Assembly: GCA_043821645.1 (NCBI GenBank)
Contig: JBDRCO010000001.1
Coordinates: forward strand, 27,290 to 91,289
Reading direction: 5' to 3'
Source: Pseudomonadota bacterium
Lineage (GTDB): Bacteria; Myxococcota; JACRCW01; JAFGSX01
Length of the DNA: 64,000 nt
Position numbers and translations under genes: made by a program. Shown here in pieces: positions 54,965-64,000 of the stretch (position 1 is the stretch's first letter; every line of letters begins with the position of its first letter). Under the pieces are notes generated by a model. It was not told the DNA's origin, ran no database searches, and saw nothing but the letters and a program-made list of their open reading frames with translations.

Positions 54965-55001
54965 GACGACTGTCCTCGTCGACCGGGCGACGTCGTGGGG
55001 T

Positions 55002-55658
55002 TCAATTGAACTTGATCTTCTCGGCCGCGAAGTACACCACGACCGGGATGAGCCCGAAGCCCAGGGCGAAGATCACGCTGAGCACCGTCGAGAAGCGGCG
55101 CAGAGCACCTGTACGCAGGGTGTCAAGGCCGATCGACTGAAAGCCGCTCCAGAACCCGTGGCTGACGTGCGTGCCCACGACCAGCATGGAGAAACTGTAA
55201 AAAGCCACCCACAGCGGATCGTGAAAGCGCTCGCCCACGATGGCGGCGATGGTGGTGCCGGTCTTGTCGATGAGGGTGAAGTGGATCAGGTGGAACACCA
55301 CGAACAGCAGGATGTAGGGACCGCTGAAGATCATGGTGCGCGAACCCAGGGAGCGGCCGCCCTCGCTGCGCTTGCCCGCGTAGTCCACGGGCCGCGCCGC
55401 CTGGTTCTGAAAGATCAGGATCATGGCGAACACGATGTGGATGCTGCCTATGGTCAGCAGGCCGATCTCGAAGGCCTCGACCAGGGGGCCCAGGCTGTGC
55501 AGCGTGGCGGCGTAGGCATTGAAGGTGTCGCTGCCGGCGTAGATGGTCAGGTTGCCGACGAGGTGGATGACCAGGAAGGCGATGAAGGCCAGACCGGTCA
55601 GGGCCATCAGCTCCTTCTTGCCAATCGAAGACGTGAGGATGAAGCGCAGGCGTTGCAT
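55002..55658 (-). CDS. sdhC: Succinate dehydrogenase cytochrome b subunit (b558 type)
   Basis: SSIGKK..MALTG, HL.GN, four TM His residues and HG.WS.FQS.G. Confidence 0.9.
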   Translation of the reverse strand: MQRLRFILTSSIGKKELMALTGLAFIAFLVIHLVGNLTIYAGSDTFNAYAATLHSLGPLVEAFEIGLLTIGSIHIVFAMILIFQNQAARPVDYAGKRSEGGRSLGSRTMIFSGPYILLFVVFHLIHFTLIDKTGTTIAAIVGERFHDPLWVAFYSFSMLVVGTHVSHGFWSGFQSIGLDTLRTGALRRFSTVLSVIFALGFGLIPVVVYFAAEKIKFN

Positions 55659-55728
55659 GTCGGGTCCCTCGCGCCCTGGCGTCGCAGCAAGTCGTGTGGC
55701 GTCGAGGCGGGTCGGTAGAAGTGCCGCC

Positions 55729-55756
55729 ATATTAAACAAGTGGAGGCAGCGCTCAA
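55729..55756 (-). promoter_or_regulatory. Possible sigma70 promoter for sdhCAB
   Basis: Minus strand TTGAGC-N16-TAATAT about 70 nt upstream of sdhC. Confidence 0.3.
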
Positions 55757-56069
55757 GACGCTTTTATCGCTGTGCGGTCAGCAGGGCTTTCCTGTGACAG
55801 TGCTGTGACTGGCACTGTCGGGGGCGCGTTCAGTCCTCGACGAACATCCTGCACATCTCAGCCATCCTTCATTCAAGCGCCGGGCGGGAACGATGTCGCC
55901 GAGACCAAACAGGAATTCTTCGCCATGTTGCGGTGGCACCGGCGCATGGTGGCGTCACCTTGAAGCACCTGCGGAAACGTGAGTTATTCATCTCTGCTCG
56001 GAGCACGCCCCGCGGCACTCTGGAGGGCGATGGCGACGACGAGAAACCTGCCATCGACAAGGACGGTTC

Positions 56070-56978
56070 ATGAAAACCCTGATGAAGAAATTCGGTCGCA
56101 GGTTCGGGAACGCGACGGTTGGATGGATGTTCGAGGACCTCGCGAAGACCCTCCGCACTACCACGAGCGCCCAGACCCAGCTCATGCTCTTTCACATGTA
56201 TCGAGAGATGGCGGCCCAGAAAGATCGCGAGCTACCACCCCTGACCGAGGTTGGTTTCCGTTGTCACTCACAGTTCGAAGAAGATGGAATCCTGCTCTAC
56301 ATCTTTGCGCTGATCGGTACCACCAATCGTGTGTGCGCGGAGATCTGTGCCGGGAACGGCATCGAGTGCAACACCGCCAACCTCATCTTGAATCACGGAT
56401 GGTGGGGCCACCTGTTCGACGGCGATGCCGCTCATGTGGCAGCAGGAACCGCGTTCTACCGCGAGGCCAGGGCCACCTGGCTGTACCCGCCGCGCTTCAC
56501 CCAGGCCTGGGTCACGGCTGAAAACGTCAACTCTCTGCTCGAAAAATCCGGCGCGACGGGAGAGATCGATCTCCTGTCGCTGGACATCGACGGCATGGAC
56601 TACTGGGTGTTCAAGGCCATCGACGTGATCCAGCCGCGTGTGGTGGTGTGCGAGACACACAACGTCATCGGTCCCGAGGACGCACTCACCGTGCCCTACG
56701 ATCCCGCCTTCAAGATCGTCACACCTGACCACCACAGCGCCTCCCTCGCGGCGATGTGTGCTCTGGCAAAGAACAAGGGATACCGGCTGGTCGGCACCCA
56801 TCGCTACGGCTTCAATGCCTTCTTCGTGCGCGAGGGTGTCGGCGAAGCCCTGCTCCCCACCAGGACACCCTTCGAGTGCCTTCAAGATCCGTATTCGAGG
56901 GAAGCACGGGCAACGCGATGGCCTCGGGTCAAGGACTTGCCGTGGCTGCGCGTGGGAGAGGACAGCAGCGAGGACTAG
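56070..56978 (+). CDS. FkbM-like SAM-dependent methyltransferase-fold protein
   Basis: SQFEEDGIL, EICAGNG.ECNT, IDLLSLDIDG.DYW, ASL.A and NAFFV motifs. Confidence 0.7.
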   Translation: MKTLMKKFGRRFGNATVGWMFEDLAKTLRTTTSAQTQLMLFHMYREMAAQKDRELPPLTEVGFRCHSQFEEDGILLYIFALIGTTNRVCAEICAGNGIECNTANLILNHGWWGHLFDGDAAHVAAGTAFYREARATWLYPPRFTQAWVTAENVNSLLEKSGATGEIDLLSLDIDGMDYWVFKAIDVIQPRVVVCETHNVIGPEDALTVPYDPAFKIVTPDHHSASLAAMCALAKNKGYRLVGTHRYGFNAFFVREGVGEALLPTRTPFECLQDPYSREARATRWPRVKDLPWLRVGEDSSED

Positions 56979-57703
56979 GCCGCGGCCTCGGCAAAGGCAG
57001 ACTTGACGCGCTTGATCAGGCGCAGCTCGAGCAGACGCGCGCCCTCGCGGCTGAGGTGCAGCTCGTCGCCGATCTCGGCCAGCGTCTGCGGGTCGTCGGC
57101 CAGCAGGCGGCGCTCGATGACGATGGCGGCGCGCTTGTCGTCGAGCTCGTCGTAGGCCCTGGCCAGGGCGTCACGCACCCGCTTGCGGGACTCGGAGCGG
57201 GCCACGTCTTCCTCGGGAGTGGCCATGTCCGAGGCCAGGGTGTCGACCAGGCTCTGGTTGGTATCAGCGTTCATGGGTGCGTCCAGCGAGGCGGTGCGCA
57301 CCAGACGACGGCGACCCTGCCCGCCGCGGCTCATGCCGCCGGAGTAGGCCACCGAGGCCGGCGCGCCGTACTGGTGCGAGCGCAGGGAGGCCAAAGAGCG
57401 CTGCATGTGCGAACGGATCCAGAACGCGGCGTAGGTGGCAAAGCGGATGTTGCGCTCGGGCTCAAAGGTCTGGGCCGCGCGCATCAGTGCCAGGTTGCCT
57501 TCCTGCACCAGGTCGTCGAAGTTGGCGCCGCGCCGGGCAAAGGCCGAGGCCATGCGCTTGACCAGGCCCAGGTGGCTCTCGACCAGGCGGTTGCGGGCTT
57601 GATCGTCGCCATGGTCCCGGGCCCGGATGGCAAGCTGGGCTTCGGTCTCGCGGTCGAGACCCAGGTGCTGCGAGTTTTGGGGCTTGCTCTTGCGATTCCA
57701 CAT
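56975..57703 (-). CDS. Sigma-70 family, sigma32/RpoH-like RNA polymerase sigma factor
   Basis: DLVQEGNLALMRA..FEPER..RFATYA.FWIR, SLDAP and TLAEIG..L.LSRE..R. Confidence 0.85.
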   Translation of the reverse strand: MWNRKSKPQNSQHLGLDRETEAQLAIRARDHGDDQARNRLVESHLGLVKRMASAFARRGANFDDLVQEGNLALMRAAQTFEPERNIRFATYAAFWIRSHMQRSLASLRSHQYGAPASVAYSGGMSRGGQGRRRLVRTASLDAPMNADTNQSLVDTLASDMATPEEDVARSESRKRVRDALARAYDELDDKRAAIVIERRLLADDPQTLAEIGDELHLSREGARLLELRLIKRVKSAFAEAAA

Positions 57704-57760
57704 GGTGATGCCTCTTTATGCGGCTGCCGCCAGGGCAGGTGGTATGTTGCCCCCCCATAG

Positions 57761-57776
57761 AGCAATCCCCATGCCG
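57761..57776 (-). promoter_or_regulatory. Sigma54-type -24/-12 promoter
   Basis: Minus strand CGGCATGGGGATTGCT (GG-N10-GC) about 58 nt upstream of the sigma factor start. Confidence 0.6.
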
Positions 57777-57851
57777 TCCGCTCAGTGTTTGTCTTCATGC
57801 CTATTTTCGAGGCCTTGGAAAAATGTCCACATCCTGTCTAGTGTTTCAGTT

Positions 57852-57956
57852 GATCCAGCATGTCTCAGCCAGTGAGACATTGTGAGTCACAATGGATTAA
57901 ATGAGACACATGCTGTCTCGGCACACAGGAGTCTCGTTGTGGCGCCTTGCTGGATC
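57852..57956. promoter_or_regulatory. Cluster of nested inverted repeats (activator sites or a structured RNA)
   Basis: ATGTCTCA-N5-TGAGACAT, CATTGTGA-G-TCACAATG and GAGACA-N5-TGTCTC, enclosed by GATCCAGCA...TGCTGGATC. Confidence 0.6.
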
Positions 57957-57986
57957 TCGATAAAATCTGGTAATATTGAATAATTT

Positions 57987-59993
57987 TTGAATATCTCGAG
58001 GTCCGTCATGGGCAGACACAAGGCGTCGAAAAATGTCTCAAGGCGGGCGTCCTCCTTGCTTTTCGCGCTTGAGGTCTCATATTTGTTGGTACTTTCAGCA
58101 CCCGTCCGCGCCGAGACCTACACCGTGGGTCCAAGCCAGCAATACGCGACGCCCGACGAGGTCCCCTGGGAGAGCCTGCAACCAGGAGACCTTGTCCAGA
58201 TTTTTTGGCGAGCCACGCCCTATGCCTCGAAATGGGTGCTGTGCCGGAGGGGGACCCAGACCCAGCCCATCGTGATCCAGGGTCTGCGCGGACCCGGTGG
58301 GGAGCGCCCGGTGATCACTGGCGATGGCGCCACCACGCGGCAGCAACTGTCCTTCAGCAACGAGGCGCGCGGGGTGCTCAAGATCGGCAGTGCCAGCACC
58401 CCCTCCGACACCCTGCCCGCCCACATCGTGGTCGAGGGCCTGCACCTGCGCAGCGCGCGACCGGGCTACTTCTTTACCGACGACGCCGGGCAGGCACAGG
58501 AATACGTCACCAACGCCGCCGCCCTGTACGTGGAGAAGGCCGAGCACCTGGTGCTGCGCGACAACGAGCTGAGCGACTCGGGCAATGGCCTGTTCATCGG
58601 CGTGTTCGACGGCGCCACCCAGGACATCCTGGTCGAGGGCAACGTCATCCACGACAACGGCATCGAGGGCCGCGCCTTCGAGCACAACAGCTACACCGCG
58701 GCCATAGGCATCACTTTTCAGTTCAACCGCTACGGCGCGCTGCGGCCAGGCTGCAATGGCAACAACCTCAAGGACCGCTCGGCCGGCCTGGTGGTGCGCT
58801 ACAACTGGATAGAGAGCGGCAACCGCCAGCTCGACCTGGTCGACGGCGAGGACAGCCCCAACGTCGTCAATCACCCCAGCTACCACCGCACCTATGTCTA
58901 CGGCAACGTGCTCATCGAGCCCGACGGCGCGGGCAACTCGCAGATCGTGCACTACGGCGGCGACAGTGGCACCGAGGCCGACTACCGCAAGGGCGTGCTG
59001 CACTTCTTCAACAACACCGTGGTGTCGACCCGCAGCACCAACACCACCCTGCTGCGCCTGTCCACCGCCGAGGAGAGCGCCGAGCTGCGCAACAACCTCG
59101 TCTACACCAGTGCCGGCGCGGGCCGGCTGGCCCTGCTCGAGGCCCACGGCAACCTGATCCTGCGCCACAACTGGCTGCGCCAGGGCTACGTCAGCAGCCA
59201 CGAGGGCAGCCTGTTTGACGGCACCGTGCTCGACGACGGCACCAACCTGGTGGGCACGGATCCTGGCTTCGTCGACGAGGGCGGGCAGGACTTCGCGCTG
59301 GCGGACGGGGCGAGCTGCGTCAACGCCGGCGGTGCCTTGCACGCCGAGGTGCTCCCCACCCACGACGTGGTCATGCAGTACCTGCGGCACCAGGCCGGCG
59401 AGGTCAGGCCCTTTTCTGGCGTCATCGACATCGGCGCCTTCGAGCGCTGTGCCAGCGGGAGCTGCGCCAGGCCCGACGCGGGTGCTGCCGATCGGGGTGG
59501 TGTCGACACGGCGGCCGATGACGCGGCAGCGGGCGATGGCCTGCTGGCCGATGCCGCACACGCCGATGCCGCGGCGACCGATGTGCCGGTCGTCGACACA
59601 AGCACGAGCGACTCGGCCATGCCAGATGTGACCCCGTCCGACGCGACCAGGACCGATACCCTGTTCGCCGACGCTGCGCGGAGCGACACGCCGGGCGCCG
59701 CCGATGGGACCACACCGGATCGCGCAGGCAGCGCGGATGCCGGCGCGCGCGACACCCCGAGCCTGGACCTGGCGGCTGCAGACGCGACCTCGGCAGATGG
59801 AGCCGCCGTGGACAGGGTCGCCATCGACATCCTGGCCGCCGACGTCAGCGGCAGGGACCTCGTCGTGGGCGCGGACGCCGGTGCCACGACCGTCGGCAGT
59901 GGCTGTGGCTGCGCAGCTGCTGGCGCGGTCCCTGGCACTGCGCTTTTACTGCTGCTTGCACTGGCCATGCTGGGGCGACAGCGCCGACAATAG
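57987..59993 (+). CDS. Right-handed beta-helix (pectate-lyase-like) surface protein with an Asp/Ala linker and MYXO-CTERM-like tail
   Basis: LQPGDLV, parallel beta-helix repeats, DIGAFE, and C-terminal GCGC + hydrophobic helix + RQRRQ. Start uncertain. Confidence 0.8.
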   Translation: MNISRSVMGRHKASKNVSRRASSLLFALEVSYLLVLSAPVRAETYTVGPSQQYATPDEVPWESLQPGDLVQIFWRATPYASKWVLCRRGTQTQPIVIQGLRGPGGERPVITGDGATTRQQLSFSNEARGVLKIGSASTPSDTLPAHIVVEGLHLRSARPGYFFTDDAGQAQEYVTNAAALYVEKAEHLVLRDNELSDSGNGLFIGVFDGATQDILVEGNVIHDNGIEGRAFEHNSYTAAIGITFQFNRYGALRPGCNGNNLKDRSAGLVVRYNWIESGNRQLDLVDGEDSPNVVNHPSYHRTYVYGNVLIEPDGAGNSQIVHYGGDSGTEADYRKGVLHFFNNTVVSTRSTNTTLLRLSTAEESAELRNNLVYTSAGAGRLALLEAHGNLILRHNWLRQGYVSSHEGSLFDGTVLDDGTNLVGTDPGFVDEGGQDFALADGASCVNAGGALHAEVLPTHDVVMQYLRHQAGEVRPFSGVIDIGAFERCASGSCARPDAGAADRGGVDTAADDAAAGDGLLADAAHADAAATDVPVVDTSTSDSAMPDVTPSDATRTDTLFADAARSDTPGAADGTTPDRAGSADAGARDTPSLDLAAADATSADGAAVDRVAIDILAADVSGRDLVVGADAGATTVGSGCGCAAAGAVPGTALLLLLALAMLGRQRRQ

Positions 59994-59997
59994 GCCC

Positions 59998-60906
59998 ATG
60001 TTCACCGCGCTGCATCTCGTGCTGCTGGCGTCCCTGCCGCGCATCGTCGTGGAGCCCGGTGCCACCTGCGTCGACCAGGCCGGGCTGCTGCAAGCGCTCG
60101 GCGAACAGCTCGACAGCACGGACCCGGCCCTCGAGCTGCTCGAGCTGCACCTGGACGAGCACCCTGGTCCCGACGCCGACATCCTGCTGCTGAACCTCGA
60201 GCTGCGCCAGGACGATGGCGAGCTGCTGCTGAGCCGATCCCTGCGCGCCCGCCGCGCCGATTGCCCCGAGCTGCCGACCCTGGTGGCCACGGTGGTCGCC
60301 CGCCAGCTGGCGCAACTGCCCCGCGAGCGCTGGAGCCGGCGTCGCCCGGTAGCGCCCGCCGCCCCTGCCTCGGCGCGCACGCGGCCAGGTTCGACGACAG
60401 CATCCACCTGGCAGCTGCGCAGTGGGCTCGGCCTGGGCGCGGGTCTGGGGGTGGCAGCCCCCGCCGGTGCGGTGCAGCTTCAACTGCTCGACGATGTGGG
60501 GCTGCTCTCGGACTGGCGCCTGGCCACCGTGCTCGCGGGCACTGCGGGCTGGTATCCCCTGGGGCCCGGCGAGGTGCAGGTGCTGACGCTGCGCGTGGGC
60601 GCGGGTCCGGCCTGGGACCTGCCTCTGGCGACCATCACCCTGTCGCCGCGGCTGTTGCTGGTGGCGGGCTGCTCTGTGGCCTCGGGCACGGGCTTTGCGC
60701 GCAACCAGACCAGCGTTCTGCCCTTGTTGTTGCTGTCGCCGGCACTGCTGGTGCACACCCATCGCGGCCTGTATGCCAGCCTGGGGCTGGAGATTCCTCT
60801 CGTGAACACGCGCTACCGGGTGCTGAACCTCGACACCGGCTACCAGGAACCCTGGCTCAGGGTGGTGGCGAGCCTGGGCATCATGCTGGATGTGGTAGGC
60901 CCATGA
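59998..60906 (+). CDS. Exported hypothetical protein with a probable C-terminal small beta-barrel
   Basis: ATG 59998; N-terminal domain with a Cys pair (TC...DC), Pro linker and alternating beta strands. First gene of the ECF module. Confidence 0.6.
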   Translation: MFTALHLVLLASLPRIVVEPGATCVDQAGLLQALGEQLDSTDPALELLELHLDEHPGPDADILLLNLELRQDDGELLLSRSLRARRADCPELPTLVATVVARQLAQLPRERWSRRRPVAPAAPASARTRPGSTTASTWQLRSGLGLGAGLGVAAPAGAVQLQLLDDVGLLSDWRLATVLAGTAGWYPLGPGEVQVLTLRVGAGPAWDLPLATITLSPRLLLVAGCSVASGTGFARNQTSVLPLLLLSPALLVHTHRGLYASLGLEIPLVNTRYRVLNLDTGYQEPWLRVVASLGIMLDVVGP

Positions 60907-61583
60907 GATCTGGCCCCACTGAAGATCTCGCCCGGCAGCGGGAAGGATCCTCACAGCAGGACGCGAACCCTGGCAGCGAGCGAAGCATGATCCAGGCCCC
61001 CGAAGCTCAGACGACCCTGGCCGCTGGGCTTCCGCCCGACACCCTGGGCAGCGAGGGGCAGGTCGCGGGTGGCGTGGACGTGGCGGCCTGGTTCGAGGCC
61101 CATGCCGAGTTCGTGGCGCGCACGGTGCAACGCCTGAGCGGACTTTGCAGCCCCGTCGACGACCTGGTGCAGGAGGTCTTCATCATCGCCCTGCGCAAGC
61201 GCAATCAGATCGGGCCCGAGGTGCCGGCGCGCGGCTGGCTGTACCGCACCGCCGTGCACGTGGTGTGGCACCACAGGCGCGGCCTGGCGCGGCGCCTGAG
61301 TGCCGAGCGGCGGCTGGCCAGCGAGCCGGTGCCGGGCAGCGAGCGTGCCGACGAGACCCTGCACAAGCAGGAGCAGGCACGCCTGGTGAGGCACTGCGCA
61401 GCGCAACTTCCGATGTCCCAGCGCGAGGTGTTCGCGCTGTTCGAGCTCGAGGGCCTGGCGGGCGCCGACATCGCGCGGCTGCTCGAGATCCCCGAGAACA
61501 CGGTATGGAGCCGCCTGCACCTCGGGCGCAAACGCTTTCGCGAGCTGTGGGAACACGCCCGCGCCGAGGGGAGAAACCCATGA
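60903..61583 (+). CDS. ECF RNA polymerase sigma factor
   Basis: DDLVQEVF, GWLY, REVFALFELEGL..IA..L.IP.NTVWSRLH. Start at 60903 or 60987. Confidence 0.9.
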   Translation: MRSGPTEDLARQREGSSQQDANPGSERSMIQAPEAQTTLAAGLPPDTLGSEGQVAGGVDVAAWFEAHAEFVARTVQRLSGLCSPVDDLVQEVFIIALRKRNQIGPEVPARGWLYRTAVHVVWHHRRGLARRLSAERRLASEPVPGSERADETLHKQEQARLVRHCAAQLPMSQREVFALFELEGLAGADIARLLEIPENTVWSRLHLGRKRFRELWEHARAEGRNP

Positions 61584-62533
61584 CGAACCCCATCCGGCTC
61601 GTCGACGATCCCGGAACACCCGGACCCCTTCGCCAGGCTCTGCAGGCGGAGCTCGGGCTGCCCACCCTGGCCGATCGCGGAGCCCTGCGCGCGGCGCTGC
61701 TGCAGCAGGCGGGCGCGGCGACCACGGCGGGCGCGGTGGGCGCGGCCAGCGGCTGGGGCGCGACCTCGCAGATCCTTGCCGGCGTGGTCCTGACGACGGC
61801 CATCGTGGTCGGCGCAGGCTATGTTGCGCTGCGACCGGAGGGCGCGGCCACGGCACCCTCGGCGCTGAATGCGGCCCCTGTTGCAGCTCCCACTCCCGAA
61901 GCGGACGTGCTGCCTGCGCTGCAGATCGAGGTCCCGTTCGACGCCCCCGAACCTGCTGCAGAGGCTCAGCCGCCTGCGGAAGACGAGGCGAGATCCGACG
62001 ACCAGGAGCCGGCTGCGGCGACCGAGACCCCGCGGCGCCGACGTCCACCGCGCCCGAGCGATCCACCCGCGACCGCGGCAGCCCCTCCCGTGGTCAACCC
62101 GAGCCTCGCCGGAACCCCGGCTGCCGACGAGACGCATGCCTCGGAGCTGTCCGAGCAGCTGCGGCGATACCGCCTGGGGGTGCAGCAACTCAAGGCCGGG
62201 ACCCCACGCCAGGCCGTCGCCACCTTCGACACCTACCTGCGCGATTACCCCGACGGCGAGCTGCGCATCGAGGCCAACCTGTCGCTGCTCGAGGCCCTGC
62301 TGCGCGCCGGTGAGCGCGATCGCGCAGCCACCCTGGCCTCGGGCCTGGCGGCAGACCCTGCGTACGTCGCGCGCCGTGGCGAGCTGCTGCGGGTGCAGGC
62401 CGACCTCCTGGTGCAACAGGGGCGCTGCCCCGAGGCCCGCGAGGTTTACCACCGCGCGATCACGCTCAACGGCTCTGGCCTGAGCCCTGCCGACATCGAG
62501 AACGCCCTCGCGCGCTGCCAGGGCACACCATGA
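61580..62533 (+). CDS. Putative anti-sigma factor (single TM, Pro-rich linker, C-terminal TPR)
   Basis: ATGA overlap with the sigma gene; one TM; YLRDYPDG TPR motif typical of myxobacterial anti-sigma partners. Confidence 0.7.
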   Translation: MTNPIRLVDDPGTPGPLRQALQAELGLPTLADRGALRAALLQQAGAATTAGAVGAASGWGATSQILAGVVLTTAIVVGAGYVALRPEGAATAPSALNAAPVAAPTPEADVLPALQIEVPFDAPEPAAEAQPPAEDEARSDDQEPAAATETPRRRRPPRPSDPPATAAAPPVVNPSLAGTPAADETHASELSEQLRRYRLGVQQLKAGTPRQAVATFDTYLRDYPDGELRIEANLSLLEALLRAGERDRAATLASGLAADPAYVARRGELLRVQADLLVQQGRCPEAREVYHRAITLNGSGLSPADIENALARCQGTP

Positions 62534-63786
62534 AGAGTCCCGTCGCTGCGCTGCTGCTGACGGTGACGGTGGCAGCACCGGCGGCCTGTGTGCTGAGCAC
62601 CCAGGTGGGGGAGGAGCCCGCGGTAGATGCCAGCGTGCCGCCTCCGCCCTGGCGCTGGCCAAGTGCCCCCATCGACATCCTCTTCGTCATCGACAACTCG
62701 GGCAGCATGGCCGAGGAACAGCAGCGGCTGGCGGACGCACTGACCGCCGCCCATGACGAGAGTTCGCTGTGCAACAGCAGCAACATCGCCGCCCTGCGCG
62801 CGTTCCTCAAGGAACACGAAAGCGTGCCGCCGGAGCAGTGGCCCGAACCCTATCTGAGCTGGTTTGAGGCCTGTTCGATGACGGATCTCCTCGAGTTGAT
62901 GAACATCGACTTCCACGCCGGGATCCTCACCACCGACATGCACGACTGCGACGCCCCTTATGGTGGCGCACCCCGCGCGTCCGTACCCCAGCGCGGCTGC
63001 CTGCAGACCTCTGCCAGTGATGCAGGCACCGCGGTCGTCCAGCGCTCCACACCGCAGCGCATCGAACGCATGCAGGACATCGTGCGCACCGTCGGCCTCT
63101 GGGGCTCGGCCTGGGAGCAGGGCCTGGCGGCGCTCGAGCACTTCGTGACCCCAGGCCACAGCGTTCCGTCGCCGGGGACCTGCGCGCTGGCGCGCGACTG
63201 CTCGGGTGACCTGAGAGACTTTCTTCGTACCCAGGTGGACGACGAGCTGGGCAACCCCAAAGAGGTGCCCTTGCTGGTGGTCCTGCTCAGCGACGAGGAC
63301 GACTGCTCCAACGACAGCACCATAGACGAGCAGCAGCCCGGGTCCACCGACCTGTGCTACTCACAGCCTGACCTGCTGACCTCGACCGCCCGCTATTCCG
63401 ATCTGCTGCGGGGCCTGAAGAGCTCTCCCCAGCTTGTCACCTTGGTGCTCATCAGCGGCCTGGTCGAGGAGGGCGACACGGCCCTGGCCTCGGGCTGCGC
63501 GCTGCGCGAGGGTGCGACCAGCACAGCCTGCGATCCTGCCTTTGGCAACAGCGTCGCCACCTGCGATAACTGCGTCAACGGCACGCCCGTCTGCGCTTGC
63601 CACCCGGCCATCGATGCCGCCCAGTGCCAGGGCGTGGCGCACGCCGCCACCCAGTGCTGCGAGGCGGACGCCGCGCATCGCTACCTCGAGGTCGCCGCCG
63701 CGCTGCCCCGGCACCTGTACGCCACCCTGTGCCAGCCCAGCTACCACGACGTGCTCAGGCGTGGGCTGTGGATGGCGCTGCAGTAG
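62530..63786 (+). CDS. vWA-domain Cys-rich lipoprotein (CglB-like family)
   Basis: MIDAS-like DILFVIDNSGSM, GILTTD, EQGL and SDEDDCS motifs. Confidence 0.8.
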   Translation: MKSPVAALLLTVTVAAPAACVLSTQVGEEPAVDASVPPPPWRWPSAPIDILFVIDNSGSMAEEQQRLADALTAAHDESSLCNSSNIAALRAFLKEHESVPPEQWPEPYLSWFEACSMTDLLELMNIDFHAGILTTDMHDCDAPYGGAPRASVPQRGCLQTSASDAGTAVVQRSTPQRIERMQDIVRTVGLWGSAWEQGLAALEHFVTPGHSVPSPGTCALARDCSGDLRDFLRTQVDDELGNPKEVPLLVVLLSDEDDCSNDSTIDEQQPGSTDLCYSQPDLLTSTARYSDLLRGLKSSPQLVTLVLISGLVEEGDTALASGCALREGATSTACDPAFGNSVATCDNCVNGTPVCACHPAIDAAQCQGVAHAATQCCEADAAHRYLEVAAALPRHLYATLCQPSYHDVLRRGLWMALQ

Positions 63787-63879
63787 CAAGCCCGCGTCGA
63801 AGCGTCGGCAAGGCAGCGAGGACGCGCGGCGAGTCCGCGGCGCTGACAGGCGCATCGAGCTGGAGGTGGGGAGCGAGGC

Positions 63880-64000
63880 TCAGTCGCCCAGGAACAGCAC
63901 CTGGATCTCGTCGCCGGGCTGCGGCACCCAGGTGCCGAAGAACTTGATGCGCGTGTTCTCGTCGATCAGGGCGAAGCCACCCTCGGCGGGCTGGCCCGTG
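63880..64000 (-). CDS. 3' end of a gene entering from the right edge (partial)
   Basis: Reads ...EGGFALIDENTRIKFFGTWVPQPGDEIQVLFLGD*, ending at TGA 63882-63880. Confidence 0.5.
   Translation of the reverse strand, partial: TGQPAEGGFALIDENTRIKFFGTWVPQPGDEIQVLFLGD

Overview
This is a high-GC, gene-dense window whose content points to a myxobacterium-like deltaproteobacterium (Myxococcota). The supporting genes are DUF4215/CTDC-type Cys-rich proteins, a MYXO-CTERM-like tail, a CglB-like vWA lipoprotein and a Ser/Thr kinase. I saw no rRNA, tRNA, CRISPR array or mobile element. Recognisable core loci are sdhCAB, preTA, an RcnA-like gene plus a cbiMNQO-type Ni/Co transporter, tadA, a PAS/GAF hybrid kinase-diguanylate cyclase-receiver relay, a sigma32-like sigma factor and an ECF sigma module. 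Best candidates for undescribed systems: (1) a translationally coupled operon of a 3388-aa surface protein (five ~205-aa repeats, an amphipathic helical insert, a poly-Gly tail), a lipoprotein with two rhodanese domains that both lack the catalytic Cys, and a second large Cys-rich secreted protein; (2) a reductive-type octaheme HAO-family cytochrome paired with an outer-membrane beta-barrel behind an FNR-like box; (3) a cluster of nested palindromes plus a sigma54 promoter upstream of the sigma32-like gene; (4) a Zn-peptidase/ATP-grasp pair beside two hydrolases with effector-like N-termini and no signal peptide; (5) Asp-periodic (DAA/DSA) linkers shared by many unrelated exported proteins. 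All family assignments come from motif recognition; no searches were run.
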